55,953 nucleotides of DNA from Octopus bimaculoides (taxonomy: Eukaryota), in the NCBI RefSeq assembly GCF_001194135.2, contig NC_068985.1, positions 79,925,276 through 79,981,228 of the forward strand, in the 5' to 3' direction. The translations under genes and the position numbers were made by a program. Position 1 is the first letter of the stretch; every line of letters begins with the position of its first letter. Of this stretch, positions 24,146 to 36,276 are shown one piece after another. Under the pieces are notes generated by a model. It saw only the letters and a program-made list of their open reading frames with translations. It was not told the origin of the DNA and ran no database searches.

Positions 24146-24560
24146 TCTTTTACTTGTTTCAGTCATTTGACTGTGGCCATGCTGGAGCACCGCCTTTAGT
24201 CGAGCAAATCGACCCCAGGACTTATTCTTTGTAAGCCTAGTACTTATTCTATCGGTCTCGTTTGCTGAACCACTAAGTTACGGGGACATAAACACACCAG
24301 CATCGGTTGTCAAGCAATGTTGTGGGGGACAAACACAGACACACAAACATATACACACACATACATATATATATATACACACACACATATATATACGATG
24401 GGCTTCTTTTCAGTTTCCGTCTACCAAATCCACTCAAATGGCTTTGTTCGGCCTGAGGCAATAGTAGAAGACACTTGCCCAAGGTGCCATGCAGTGGGAC
24501 TGAACCCGGAACCATGTAGTTTGTAAGCAAGCTACTTACCACACAGCCACTCCTACACCT
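24146..24560 (-). mobile_element. SINE family B, well-preserved full-length copy
   Basis: Head GGAGTGGCTGTGTGGTAAGTAGC, B box GGTTCAGTCCC, internal (TA/TG) microsatellite, 3' GACTGAAACAAGTAAAAGA. Confidence 0.85.
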
Positions 24561-25219
24561 AGGATTAATATTTTATTTTATCAACCCCTGAAAGGTGAAA
24601 GGCAAAGTTGGTATCAGTAGGATTTGAACTCAAAATGTCAAAGAATGCAAAGGACTTTCTGTCTGATACTCTGCTGAATCAGCCAACACACAGTTCTAAC
24701 AATCACTATAATAATTCTAATTTTGGCACAAAGACAACAAAGTGACCACAATGTTATTTGAACCCAGAACATAAAGAGTTGGAACAAATGATGCAAATCA
24801 TTTTGTCCATTACTAAGTATTCTACTCATTTACTACCTAAATATTAATCATATTAATTTTGTTATTTTTCAAACTGTAAAGTAGAAAACAAAATTCTGAA
24901 GCATCTTGGGAGGGTCACTGAACCAATAATTAATTTTAAAACTGGCAAGAAATGAAACACTGAAAATTAATTGTCATGTAAAAGCATTATTCTTAAAAAT
25001 AATCAACAAATTCCTGTTTTATTTTGCCTTTGTTTTTTTTTTATGATAATAATTTTTATTTATTCTAGGAAGCATATAAAAATGGGAAATGGTTTACCAA
25101 TAAATTACTTTATAAGCTTCTCTGTGAGGAAATTATAAAATTATGAGTGGAACATAAAAACAATAACAACTTAGTAGAGATGCAGTTTCGTTACTTCTTT
25201 CAGAAAATAAATTCCATTA

Positions 25220-25631
25220 AATCGTGATGGCACCTGTACCAGTAAATCACTAAGAGCACCGTCCGAGCGTGATCGTTGCCAGAGCACCAGCTGTCTGGCT
25301 TCTGTGCCGGGGGCACATAAATAACACCATTTGAGCGTGATTGTTACCAACGTCGCCTTCCTGGCACATGAAAAGACATTCGAGTGAGTTTGTTGCCAGT
25401 ACCGCTGGACTGGCTCCTGTGCAGGTGGCACGTAAAATACACCATTTCGAGCGTGGCTGTTGCCAGTACCTCTTGACTGGCCTCGTGCCGGTGACATGTA
25501 AAAGCACCCACTACACTCTCGGAGTGGTTGGTGTTAGGAAGGGCATCCAGCTGTAGAAACTCTGCCAAATCAGATTGGAGCCTGGTGTAGCCATCTGATT
25601 CACCAGTCCTCAGTCAAATCGTCCAACCCAT
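25220..25631 (+). mobile_element. RTE LINE 3'UTR copy with internal ~65-bp subrepeats
   Basis: Repeated unit ...TTGCCAGTACC...GACTGGC...GTGGCACGTAAAA..., then the family A 3' end (tail truncated). Confidence 0.8.
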
Positions 25632-26356
25632 GGGCGCTTCTAACTTTAATATTAACTCAAATCATAAATTGTAATGCTAAATCCTAAACCCAAGGTTTAT
25701 AANNNNNNNNNNNNNNNNNNNNNNNNNNNNNNNNNNNNNNNNNNNNNNNNNNNNNNNNNNNNNNNNNNNNNNNNNNNNNNNNNNNNNNNNNNNNNNNNNN
25801 NNNNNNNNNNNNNNNNNNNNNNNNNNNNNNNNNNNNNNNNNNNNNNNNNNNNNNNNNNNNNNNNNNNNNNNNNNNNNNNNNNNNNNNNNNNNNNNNNNNN
25901 NNNNNNNNNNNNNNNNNNNNNNNNNNNNNNNNNNNNNNNNNNNATATATGAGGGTTCATGGCCTGGTGGTTAGGGTGTTTCACTCACAATCTAACGATTA
26001 TGATTATGATTTCAATTCCTAGACTGGTTTAGCATTGTTTTCTTGAGCAAAACACTTCATCTCACATTGCTCTGCAATCACTTCGACACCTGATGCATGG
26101 CATACTGTGCACCTGTTCAGACTACGTTAATTTGATGGAGAGAGTGAGTTAATGTGCGGTATGAGCATTTGATCACTATAAACAAATCATTTTTGCACTT
26201 CGTTCAGCAAAAAGCTGAATGCTCATATATCTTCTTTGATGGGGAAGTCCATCATAAATATATATGTATGTATATGCCATTTTGACCTAAGGCCAGCAAT
26301 TCTAATGGAAGGGATAAGTTGATAATATCAACTCCAACAAAGAATAAATCAATATC

Positions 26357-26990
26357 AGCAGAACAGGTTCTTCAGGAATAATAAAAGAAAATTTTTAGCA
26401 ACTGTTGAACCTTATGGAACTAACGTGCCAGATGCTGAAGGAGTAAGGAACTTCTGATCTGATATTTGGAGCAAAGAATTTAAACATAACAGTGATGCAA
26501 ACTGGTTATAAAAATTTGTAACCAGATGATCAGAAATTTTGGCTTAAAAATGTCTCAAGCATGCAGTTATATACAACCATTTTTAACTAACAGTATAGAA
26601 AATGGAACAACAACATGGATGAGAAAAGGAAGCGGGGATCAGTAATTCTAGGTTTATTACAGGATTACTATTACTCTACTAATTATAAACTGGCCTCATG
26701 ACAGGCGGATTGTATAGCTTTCTGCAAAAGGAGAATCTATTACCAGAGAAGTATAATGATAATGATAATGATGATGAGTTCACAAATTTTGTGGGAAGGT
26801 AATGTAAATAGAAGAGGACCTGTCCATTCCTTGTATGTTTTATGTTTTTCATCAATCTATGAAGTTTGAATAAAAATCCAAGGTGTAAATGGCATGCATA
26901 AACTCTTAGGTTTCTACAATATGTAAAAACTAGTTCACCACAAAATGGAATTGCTTTGGAATGATATGAATGTGAAATGATATGTCTACA
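26357..26990 (+). mobile_element. Degraded R4/Dong-like LINE, pre-RT and RT N-terminal fragment
   Basis: QQNRFFRNNKRKF...PDAEGVRNF*SDIWS...ANWL and FWLKNVSS...ENG..TWMRKG, matching R4-type ORF motifs from memory; many stops. Confidence 0.55.
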
Positions 26991-27169
26991 AGCAATACAT
27001 TTACAAAAGGTATGATGGATTTCCCCAAGTGAAGCTTACAGATACCATATTTTCCTTCTTTTTACCCACCCCACTTCAGTATTATATTACTGATTTCACC
27101 AAAATGTTATTTAGTCAGTTCTTTAAAAAAAATAATTAATCATTATTTGAACACTCATTTGAAGAGTAT

Positions 27170-27432
27170 TCAGAAGCGATTTGATGCTCTGTAATCTGCA
27201 GCCATTATTTCATCATACGGTGGTGGGGGAGGGGCTGAGCTATTTTCATATCTGTCGTATGGTGGTAGATGGGGTTGAATTACAAAATTTGGTCTGGTGA
27301 TGATATTACTTTGTGATCTGTTATTAACTGGTTCTTCCATTCCTTTCTTCCTTTTTGCATGAACTGCCATCAAAACACCAACAATCCCACCAAATATCAA
27401 GAAACATGCAACTGCCACAGACACTACAATAA
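27170..27432 (-). CDS. Cys-rich single-pass receptor-like gene, last exon (TM helix and cytoplasmic tail)
   Basis: cttctttttcag|TT ATT GTA; phase 1; IVVSVAVACFLIFGGIVGVLMAV-HAKRKK...LPPY..YEN..PPPPPYDEI...NRF*. Confidence 0.88.
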
Positions 27433-28094
27433 CTGAAAAAGAAGATGTATATATTGTTGAAATCATAAGAATTTAGAAAATTTGAGAAGGTGAAATAATT
27501 TTTTTTAGGAACAGTGACTCTTGAAGCAAATAATGCTATAAATAATAGTGTGTAAATATTTATTGATTTAATTATTTATAGCGAACAAGTAGAATTTTTA
27601 AAAATCCCTTATTTGTAAATCAAGAAGTTATGAAAGGGAGGGTGTTTTTCTGTAAATCCAAAATTTAAAGTATACTTATGAATTTGCAAAGTAAAAACTC
27701 ATTATTCTACTCAGCACTCAACCTTGGTTACTTAAAATGAGCTCAAGAATAAAATCAATTGCGGCACCACAGTTTTTCTAGTACCAGATTTTATCATGGT
27801 GTCAATGGCAAATTATAAGTTCTAAAAATTTGCATTAAAATAAGTGTGCTTCATTACAAATGGCCACATGTTTCACATTACATTTGCTTGAATAGTCCAT
27901 ACAGTAAAGCATGGCAATTTGTAAAAAAGCTGTTCAATAATAAATAACAAGTATTCAGCTAATCCATGCTAGCAAGAGAACATGGATATAAAATGAAGAA
28001 ATGAATCAGCAGTGTTTCAATACCTCATTCTCATGGCATTCTCACCTATACAAGGATATAAATTGAAAGAAAGTGTTAGAAGGTCATTACGTAC

Positions 28095-28300
28095 TACTAA
28101 ATGTATTGGATACTTTCGGAGGGGAGTCTTCAGTTGTGATTTCTGGTTTGATTGTGACTTTAGTAATATATGAACAGCCGTCTTTGAAGAAAGTGCTTTT
28201 CACACCATGTTCATAGATGTTTCTCATGAACTGATAATCTTTCAAATTACAGACTTTCCTAGTTAAATCCAAACTGCAGTGAATGGTTTCATCCAGAGAA
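28095..28300 (-). CDS. Receptor-like gene, domain 2 exon d plus Thr/Pro stalk
   Basis: ttttttactag|T TCT...AGT A|gtacgt; 206 nt, phase 2 to 1; SLDETIHCSLDLTRKVC...FMRN...DGC. The donor was chosen as the one that keeps phase with the next exon. Confidence 0.8.
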
Positions 28301-30171
28301 CTAGTAAAAAACAAAATAAAAATATGATACATCAATAGTGATCTGATATGAATGTGTGTATGTATGTTTAGTTTTACAAAGCATTTGTCAAACTTGTTAC
28401 AAGTTAGACAAGTATGTTGTCATGCAATTTTAGGCCTTTGTTTATCAGTTTATCAGTTCACATATGCAGAGTGCAAGTGATATTTGAAGACACTTGATTA
28501 TCAGTATATAACTCTCTTCAAACCAATTTTCATTCACACCCCATGACAGATAAAATGTTAACATGATAAATGAAGATATGCAATCATTTTCACCATAAGT
28601 GCAGAACACTGTGATTTAGAAAATACCAACTTTCTAAATGTTGCAAGATCTTTTGTACACAAAGTTCAGATGGAATTGCAAACCTCTGGTAAGAATGTTT
28701 CAACAGTATCAAAGAGAAAAACAAAAAGAAAAACATCTGGACACTCTAAGGACAGCACAATTCATTCAATGGATTCAAAACATTACACAGTGTAACACAA
28801 TTTTTGTCCTAGGATAGCAACTGTTATTTCTTACTTGCTTACCTCTAGAAAGTATGAAAAATGGCTAATATTTCCTTCAAACTTAGCTTTCGTTACATTT
28901 ATTCAAAGCCCAAAAAATCCCTCTCAAAATATGGTTATGATGCTCCCCTACTACTCCTGCTCATGATCAGAAATGCACATATTGTCAGCCACTATGGGAC
29001 ATGCTCAAATGGTTAACATCAAGTAACTGACAAGCAAATATATGGTATTGAGCAGAATATTTGCTATAGTGATAATTCTGCTGAAACTTTCTGAAATGTA
29101 ATGGAAGATAGGTCAGTTTCAAAACGATGTTCTGGTCACAAATGCAAAGTTCAGAGAGAATAGTAGTCATTTCCTTTGATTTCTAGATAGAAGCAAATAG
29201 GAAATAACACTGACCAAAAAAAAAAATTAAAATTTTGTTACACAGCATTTCCAGTGATGATCCTGGAAATTCAATGAGAGCCATCACCAAGAACTTAAGG
29301 ACATTTGATACATGTCAATATGTACTGAAGAGAGACCAATTCATGTCTGCAAAGACATGAAATGGCCTCCGATGGTGATGATAATAATGATATATAGTAT
29401 TGGGATTATTTTTTTAAAATTCTTATAATTTGCTGTTCTTTAACTAATATATATGAATTTGTCAACACGGCATTATTTGAACTGGAGAATAAGGAAGTAG
29501 TTTCCAGCAATCAAAACTTCATCATGGATGATGAAAGTAAAACAAAAATCTGAGAGGAGACAACAATTGTATAGTTTCATAAATTAGTAAATATNNNNNN
29601 NNNNNNNNNNNNNNNNNNNNNNNNNNNNNNNNNNNNNNNNNNNNNNNNNNNNNNNNNNNNNNNNNNNNNNNNNNNNNNNNNNNNNNNNNNNNNNNNNNNN
29701 NNNNNNNNNNNNNNNNNNNNNNNNNNNNNNNNNNNNNNNNNNNNNNNNNNNNNNNNNNNNNNNNNNNNNNNNNNNNNNNNNNNNNNNNNNNNNNNNNNNN
29801 NNNNNNNNNNNNNNNNNNNNNNNNNNNNNNNNNNNNNNNNNNNNNNNNNNNNNNNNNNNNNNNNNNNNNNNNNNNNNNNNNNNNNNNNNNNNNNNNNNNN
29901 NNNNNNNNNNNNNNNNNNNNNNNNNNNNNNNNNNNNNNNNNNNNNNNNNNNNNNNNNNNNNNNNNNNNNNNNNNNNNNNNNNNNNNNNNNNNNNNNNNNN
30001 NNNNNNNNNNNNNNNNNNNNNNNNNNNNNNNNNNNNNNNNNNNNNNNNNNNNNNNNNNNNNNNNNNNNNNNNNNNNNNNNNNNNNNNNNNNNNNNNNNNN
30101 NNNNNNNNNNNNNNNNNNNNNNNNNNNNNNNNNNNNNNNNNNNNNNNNNNNNNNNNNNNNNNNNNNNNNNN

Positions 30172-30204
<33 letters not shown>

Positions 30205-30207
<3 letters not shown>

Positions 30208-30950
30208 CTGTGCTTGAGAAGACTCATTAAGCCAAGTGATGTTGTAGTCATTGCCAGTGTCATGTAAATGGCACCTGTGAAATTGTAGTTGTGGTTGTTG
30301 CAAGTAGCATGATCTTCAAACGTTGGGCCTCATGGAGGCTAGGGATGAGGTGGTGAAGCATGATCATTGAATACTGGGCTTCAAGGAGGTGATGACAATT
30401 GACTGAGACCTTTGATGATATGCTGTGCTAGAGAAGACTCATCAAGCCAAGTGAAATCATAGTTGTCATCATCATCATCATCATCGTCGTCGTTTAACGT
30501 CCGCTTTCCATGCTAGCATGGGTTGGACGATTTGACTGAAGACTGGTGAAACCAGATGGCTACACCAGGCTCCAATCTGATTTGGCAATGTTTCTACAGC
30601 TGGATGCCCTTCCTAATGCCAACCACTCAGAGAGTGTAGTGGGTGCTTTTACATGCCACCGGCACAAAGGCCAGTCAGGCGGTACTGACATGGCACCCAT
30701 GAATCATAGTTGTGACATCCATGAAATCAGAGTTTCAGCCATCGCCAGTGTCATGTAAATGGCACCTGTGCCAGTGGCGCATAAAAAGCACCCATTACAC
30801 TCTTAGAGTGGTTGGTGTTAGGAAGGGCATCCAGCAGTAGAAACCATGCAAAATCAGTCTGGAACCTGGTGCAGCTCTCTAGCTAACCAGTTTTCAATCA
30901 AATCGTCTAACCCATGTTAGTATAGAAAGCAGGCGTTAAATGATGATGAT
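30205..30950 (+). mobile_element. Old RTE 3' end interrupted by a younger opposite-strand copy (30467-30701)
   Basis: The inner copy is flanked by the direct repeat AATCATAGTTGT (30455-30466, 30702-30713). Confidence 0.75.
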
Positions 30951-33524
30951 TATTAGCTATAGTGAATATGCATGATTAGAGCATAGCACCTACACTTGCA
31001 AGAACATGGTTTTGATTCCAAGACCCATAGTGCATTGTGTTCTTGAATAAAACACTCCATTTCACATTGTTCCATTGCTTCAGTTAACTCATCTGTAAAT
31101 GGGCAACTCTGCAAAGGATTGGCATTCTGTTCAAGGGGAATGTCAGCTTGTATGCCTAGCCAGGCGTGTGGCATCATTTGTAAACTACTACATTGTGAGG
31201 AAGCACATTGAGACCAGCAATGTACAACATCTGAAAATCTGGTTGATACAGTGCTAAAGTATTGACATGGAGTATGCTTCATAACCACATAGTTTTGAAT
31301 TGTATCTCACTGCATGGCACCAGGGACAAATGTCTTTTACTGTTGTCTTGGACCAGCCAATACCATGTGAACGGAATTGGTAGAAAGAAATTGTATGGAA
31401 TATATACCATATATATGCATGCATCTGTGTGTGTAGATGCTTACATTCTGTGTCTTTGCATGAAATTGTCTGAAAAAATATAGTGAAGTTATGATGGCAT
31501 TGTTAAATAGTCCTCTATCTCTCTGCTTTCCAAGGCACATAAAGCAGAAATTCCCATAAGCATCCAGCAGTAAAATAATGCTTGTCATAAGTATTCATCC
31601 AACTTAAGCTAGCATGAAAAAAAAATGAATGTAAAATCATAGGCTGAAAGTTTTGATAATAACAAAATAGGTTTGTTAATATTATATAGTCGAGAATACT
31701 TTTGAGGAATATGTGTCTAAATATAATGTATTCAAGACTTTACCATCCGAAACAAATAGTAAATAACCTGATTCATTTTGCTTGTTGATCGTGAGCTAGA
31801 AATATGAGTTATGAGCATAACCAAAGAAAGTTCATTATAAATGTAGCATTATAATTGTAATCATCCTATTCCTTAATTCCAAATCCTAAACATTCAGATC
31901 TAAACCCAGCCCTAAATCCTAATCCTAAACTCTAACTCCAAATCCTATCTGTAAACCTTATGCCCTAACATGAAACTTAAACATAATCCTAAATCTTAAC
32001 CTAAAAAGAAAAAAATTCCAACCAATAATACCAATAACAAATTGTACTAAATTTTATTAAATATCCATCCATCTATCTTTTCCACTCACAACTCCTAGGA
32101 GGTTCATGGGGGAAGAGTCCTCAGGTCCCTCCTCCAGAAGCAAGTGATAAAATATCAGCCCCCATTCTATTCTTTATTATTCATTCATCTTCTCTGCCCC
32201 TTATTCCTGGGAGGGTCATTGGGGTAAAGTCTTCAGGTGCAACCCCCATAGAGTCCTATCAGTACTAACTGTCATTGCACTTTCCAGCTGGATTCCCAAA
32301 CATGATCAACTGAAACTATGGATATCATCCAATCATCTTGTCCTTAGTCTACTCCTAGGCTCAGCTTGAAGAATCCATTTGGCAATTACTTCTTGTAGTA
32401 TTTTAGTCACATGTCCTTAGTCTGTGACCTCTCAATGTGGAGAAGTAGCAGTTCAATCTACAGAGACTCTGTAAAGTATAATGCAAATGCAAAAACAAAA
32501 ATAAATCAGTCTGTTAACTATTTGTTTTGAAAAATTTTCTCTTCCAGTCTGTAAAGCCTAGGTTTCTCTTAAATACATGAGAACAGTATTTCTCAAACAT
32601 TTTTTTTTTTTTTTTTTNNNNNNNNNNTTTTTTTTTTTTTTTTTGCTCATAACATCTTTCTGAATGTAACTTACCTCTTTGGTTCCCTTATGGATGTTAT
32701 TAGCGGGGAAAAAGTATTGCCACTGTCTTTATCATAACTTAAAAGAACAACCATTCATTTGCACATAAAACTGTGTATTAGCAAATTTCTCTGGCCTCTA
32801 CAGTTCCCATTCTTTATCATGTGTCCCCTGAAAGAAGTGGTAAAAATATGGGGCATCAAGCTAAACCCCATTTCAGGTTACCTTTAGGTATTCTGAAATC
32901 CTTACTATTACCCATGTGAGTATTCAGATTTTGATTCCTTATTTTCTTTACACAATTCCCATAAGACTTCTCCGTATCTCTAATTAAGCTAAAATGATAA
33001 ATGCTTATGCTGACATCTCATTCTACATTTATTGTGCAAAACATGTAAAACTTATAAGCTAGTCTGAAAATTTTCCTTTATAGTATCACAAAAAATGTCA
33101 GTTGTAATACAACCATTCATACTAATACAACCATTTCATACAAGCATAATATATACAATGTTTCATCCTAATTGAAGAACAAACTTCGAGGAATTCTTTT
33201 GAAAATGTCTGATCCTTGTTGGAGCTAGGGCACCCTGAATTTTGTCACAGAACCTATATGTGTACTTTTGATAATATATCTCTGCTCATCTCATCCACAA
33301 AACTTATATACATACATGTTTTTAAGAGGCTAATCTGAAACTGTAAAAGGTAAGATAAAATTAACTTCTAGTTACCCACTCACCTGAGTAATTTAAAATT
33401 GATATTATCTTGTCTCCAAGTAACCTGAATACAATATCAAATTACAGTGTGGTCAATCATGTCTAATTTGTAATTGTTACAGCAATTGAAAATCACTAAT
33501 TTAGAGAAATACTAATGAACTTAC

Positions 33525-33642
33525 CGACAAGCCTGCATGCTGGTTGTTGAATTGAGTATCTTCCTTCCTCCTTTAATGAAACAAGCTTTTCGATAATCAG
33601 AAAATGGTGTCTGAGTTAAGCAGTAATTGTGAATGAGGACAA
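33525..33642 (-). CDS. Receptor-like gene, domain 2 exon c
   Basis: catttcatcttgcag|TT GTC...TGT CG|gtaagt; 118 nt, phase 1 to 2; VLIHNYCLTQTPFSDYRKACFIKGGRKILNSTTSMQAC. Confidence 0.85.
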
Positions 33643-33699
33643 CTGCAAGATGAAATGAAGAAATTGGTTTTGTTATGATACAACTAATTCTTTCTTATT

Positions 33700-33903
33700 T
33701 TGGCACAAAGCCAGCAATTTTGAGGTGAGTTAGGGAAGTCAGTTACATCGAACCCCAGTGCTCAACCGGTACTTATTTCATCACCCCTGAAAGGATGAAA
33801 GGCAAAGTGAACCTTGGCAGCATTTGAATTCAGAATGTGAAGGTGGACAAAATGCTCCATAGCAGTTTGTCCAGTGTGCTAATGATTCTGCCAGCTTGCC
33901 ACT
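33700..33903 (-). mobile_element. SINE family C filling most of a 298-nt intron
   Basis: Colinear with 2850-3072. Confidence 0.7.
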
Positions 33904-33940
33904 TTCATAATAATAATAATAATAATATCATATTACTTAC

Positions 33941-34071
33941 CACTTCGATCTTGTTTACAGATGTAGGTTAAAAGTTTGTTATAATAAAAATGTTCGAATA
34001 ACATTAATTTGTTTGTGTGGTGGCATTCTCCTTTTATTCTCTGTAAGCATCTCTGGAATAGTCCTAAATTT
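33941..34071 (-). CDS. Receptor-like gene, domain 2 exon b
   Basis: gtattttcag|A AAT...AGT G|gtaagt; 131 nt, phase 2 to 1; NLGLFQRCLQRIKGECHHTNKLMLFEHFYYNKLLTYICKQDRS; same length as 49969-49839. Confidence 0.85.
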
Positions 34072-34407
34072 CTGAAAATACATGAGCACTAGGAATGTAT
34101 ACTCTATGGAATTATCTTTATTGAGTTTTGCATAGCTATGTACAATTTAATGTGAGTTACACCTGAGCAAACAGACCTACGATCAAAGTTATTCCAGCCA
34201 TGACAATCCTGATGATATTTTTATAAGTTTGTTCAAGAGGATTCTAGGACTACATTGACTGATGCAACCTTTTTCTTTAATGACAACAGGATATGAATAC
34301 AGGATGATTTGGCTGATAAATCTAAGAAGCTGGACAAAACATCATTGAGGCTGCTATGCTAATCAAGGGTGTTCAGTATTATTCCAGGGACCTCCTGACT
34401 GATCATT

Positions 34408-34830
34408 TAAAGTGGAGGAAGTTGTGGAAGAGGGAGACCCCGGAAGACATGGGACAAAGTACTGAATGCTAATCTCAAAACACTGAACCTTACAAAGGAG
34501 ATGACAGAGGCTGAGAAATGTGGTGCATTGCTATACTCAAGAAAACCTGCCCACCACAAAAGAGTTGAGATCCTAAAACCAAGGAGCCACATAACGTGCA
34601 TTGGTGTGGATGCTGGAGCCATGTAAAAAAGCACTCATGATGGTGCTACATAAAAAGCACCCAGTATACTGAAGAGTGGTTGGTGTTCAGAAGAGCATCC
34701 AGCCATGGAAACCAAGCCAAAGCACACTACGGAGCCTGGTGAGGCCTCTGGCCTTGCCAGTTCCTGTCAAGTTGTCCAACCTATGCTAGCATAGAAAATG
34801 GATGTTAAATGTTGTTGCTGATGATGATGA
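34408..34830 (+). mobile_element. RTE LINE 3' end: ORF C-terminus contiguous with family A 3'UTR
   Basis: Frameshifted ...CGRG.PRKTWDKVL...EMTE runs directly into the family A sequence and a GATGATG tail. Confidence 0.75.
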
Positions 34831-35153
34831 TGGATGGGATATGTTGCTGTATCTGTTCTGGTCCTTTGTGTTCTTACAGCAGCACACTTGTGATGACAAC
34901 AGTGCCAAATAGAAATAAACCCACTATCCAAGATCCAGGTTGATAAAGTGGATAAATCTACTAGCTATAAGTTGACAGTTTGCATCCTGTTTAAAACCTA
35001 GATATTTCATTTGCACTGGCTCAAGACACTTAACTGCAAAGAGTACCTAGGCTGTAGTGACAGACAAAAAAACCAAGTTCATACAAGGTCAGAAAGTAAA
35101 AGCAGTGTACATATGAGTATTGTGTAATTGAGAGCATATTGTAAGGAGTGTGA

Positions 35154-35460
35154 AAGCATGCAGTTTAGTGGTTGGGGTAATAAGCTTACAATCACCCGGT
35201 CATGGGTTCAATTTCTGGTGGCGCATTGTTTCCTTTTAGTAAGACAATTTATTTCACATTGCTCCAATCCACTCAGCTGGTAAAAATCGAATCGTACATG
35301 TAATTCAAAGAGCTGGCCTTGTCATGTTGAATCTCCCTGAGAACTATGTTAAGGGTATATGTTTCTGTGGTGGGCTCAGCCACTTGTATGTTAATTTCAT
35401 GAGTAGGCTGTTTCATTGATCAGATCAACTGGAACCCTCGTTGGTGTACCCAATGGGGTA
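35154..35460 (+). mobile_element. tRNA-derived SINE, family D
   Basis: Head GTTTAGTGGTTGGGG, B box GGGTTCAATT, CAATCCACTCAGCTGG domain; partial relative near 52530-52720. Confidence 0.65.
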
Positions 35461-36228
35461 TTTGTTTAAAAAAAAGTGTAGGGAGCATCTCTAAGGTTCA
35501 GCATTATTTTTCAGTAATTTTTTTATTAATATCCAGTCAACCATGAAGTTAAAAAAGACTGAGGTCCACTACTCTATTGTTTTAAAACAAAGAAAGAATA
35601 CAACACATTGCAAAATATAGTCCAAGTTATAGAAAGCTATGGGAGGGCCACAGCTGGAAAGCTTTTGATTATATGTCTGCTGAATCAGTCATGAACTGGA
35701 GATAAATAACAATATAAAAGCATACATGAGGAATACTATAAACTATATTTCATTTACCATGACCTGACAGAAGTCCAAAATACTGGACATTCATACTACT
35801 CCAAGGATATTAAGAATATACCTCATGTGAACAATGGAAACAGTCATACACTTGGTTACCTAGGAGCATACTTACCTCTTGATCACGTAATAGGCACTTA
35901 GTATTGGATCACTGAATAATTTACAAGTGTTGCATTAGCCAGATTGTGACAGAGGTGCCAACATTCACTGCAGTCCAGTTTCAGTTCCAGCAATCAACAT
36001 ACTGAAGTGAATATGAACTTAAAAAAAGACTTTAAAATAAAAAAAAAAAGAATGTGGTAACGACTTAACACACACACACACGCACACACACACACACACA
36101 TACACTCACATGCACGCATGCATGCATGTGTGTATGTGCTTGTGCCAATGTGTGCATGTGTATGTGTGTGCATGTATATATATATATATATATACATACA
36201 TATATACACACATGTATATGCATATGTA

Positions 36229-36276
<48 letters not shown>

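Noticed and set aside
27433-27466. ORF-track start Met for the TM exon (and likewise the Met extensions of ORFs 28087-28335, 44193-44435, 54682-55101)
   Set aside because: These parts are intronic read-through upstream of clear acceptors.
35876-35967. ECWHLCHNLANATLVNYS reading that resembled a PAN domain, with a candidate partner exon near 37040-37105
   Set aside because: It hits an in-frame stop, phases do not match, and the 12-Cys exon chain is complete without it.
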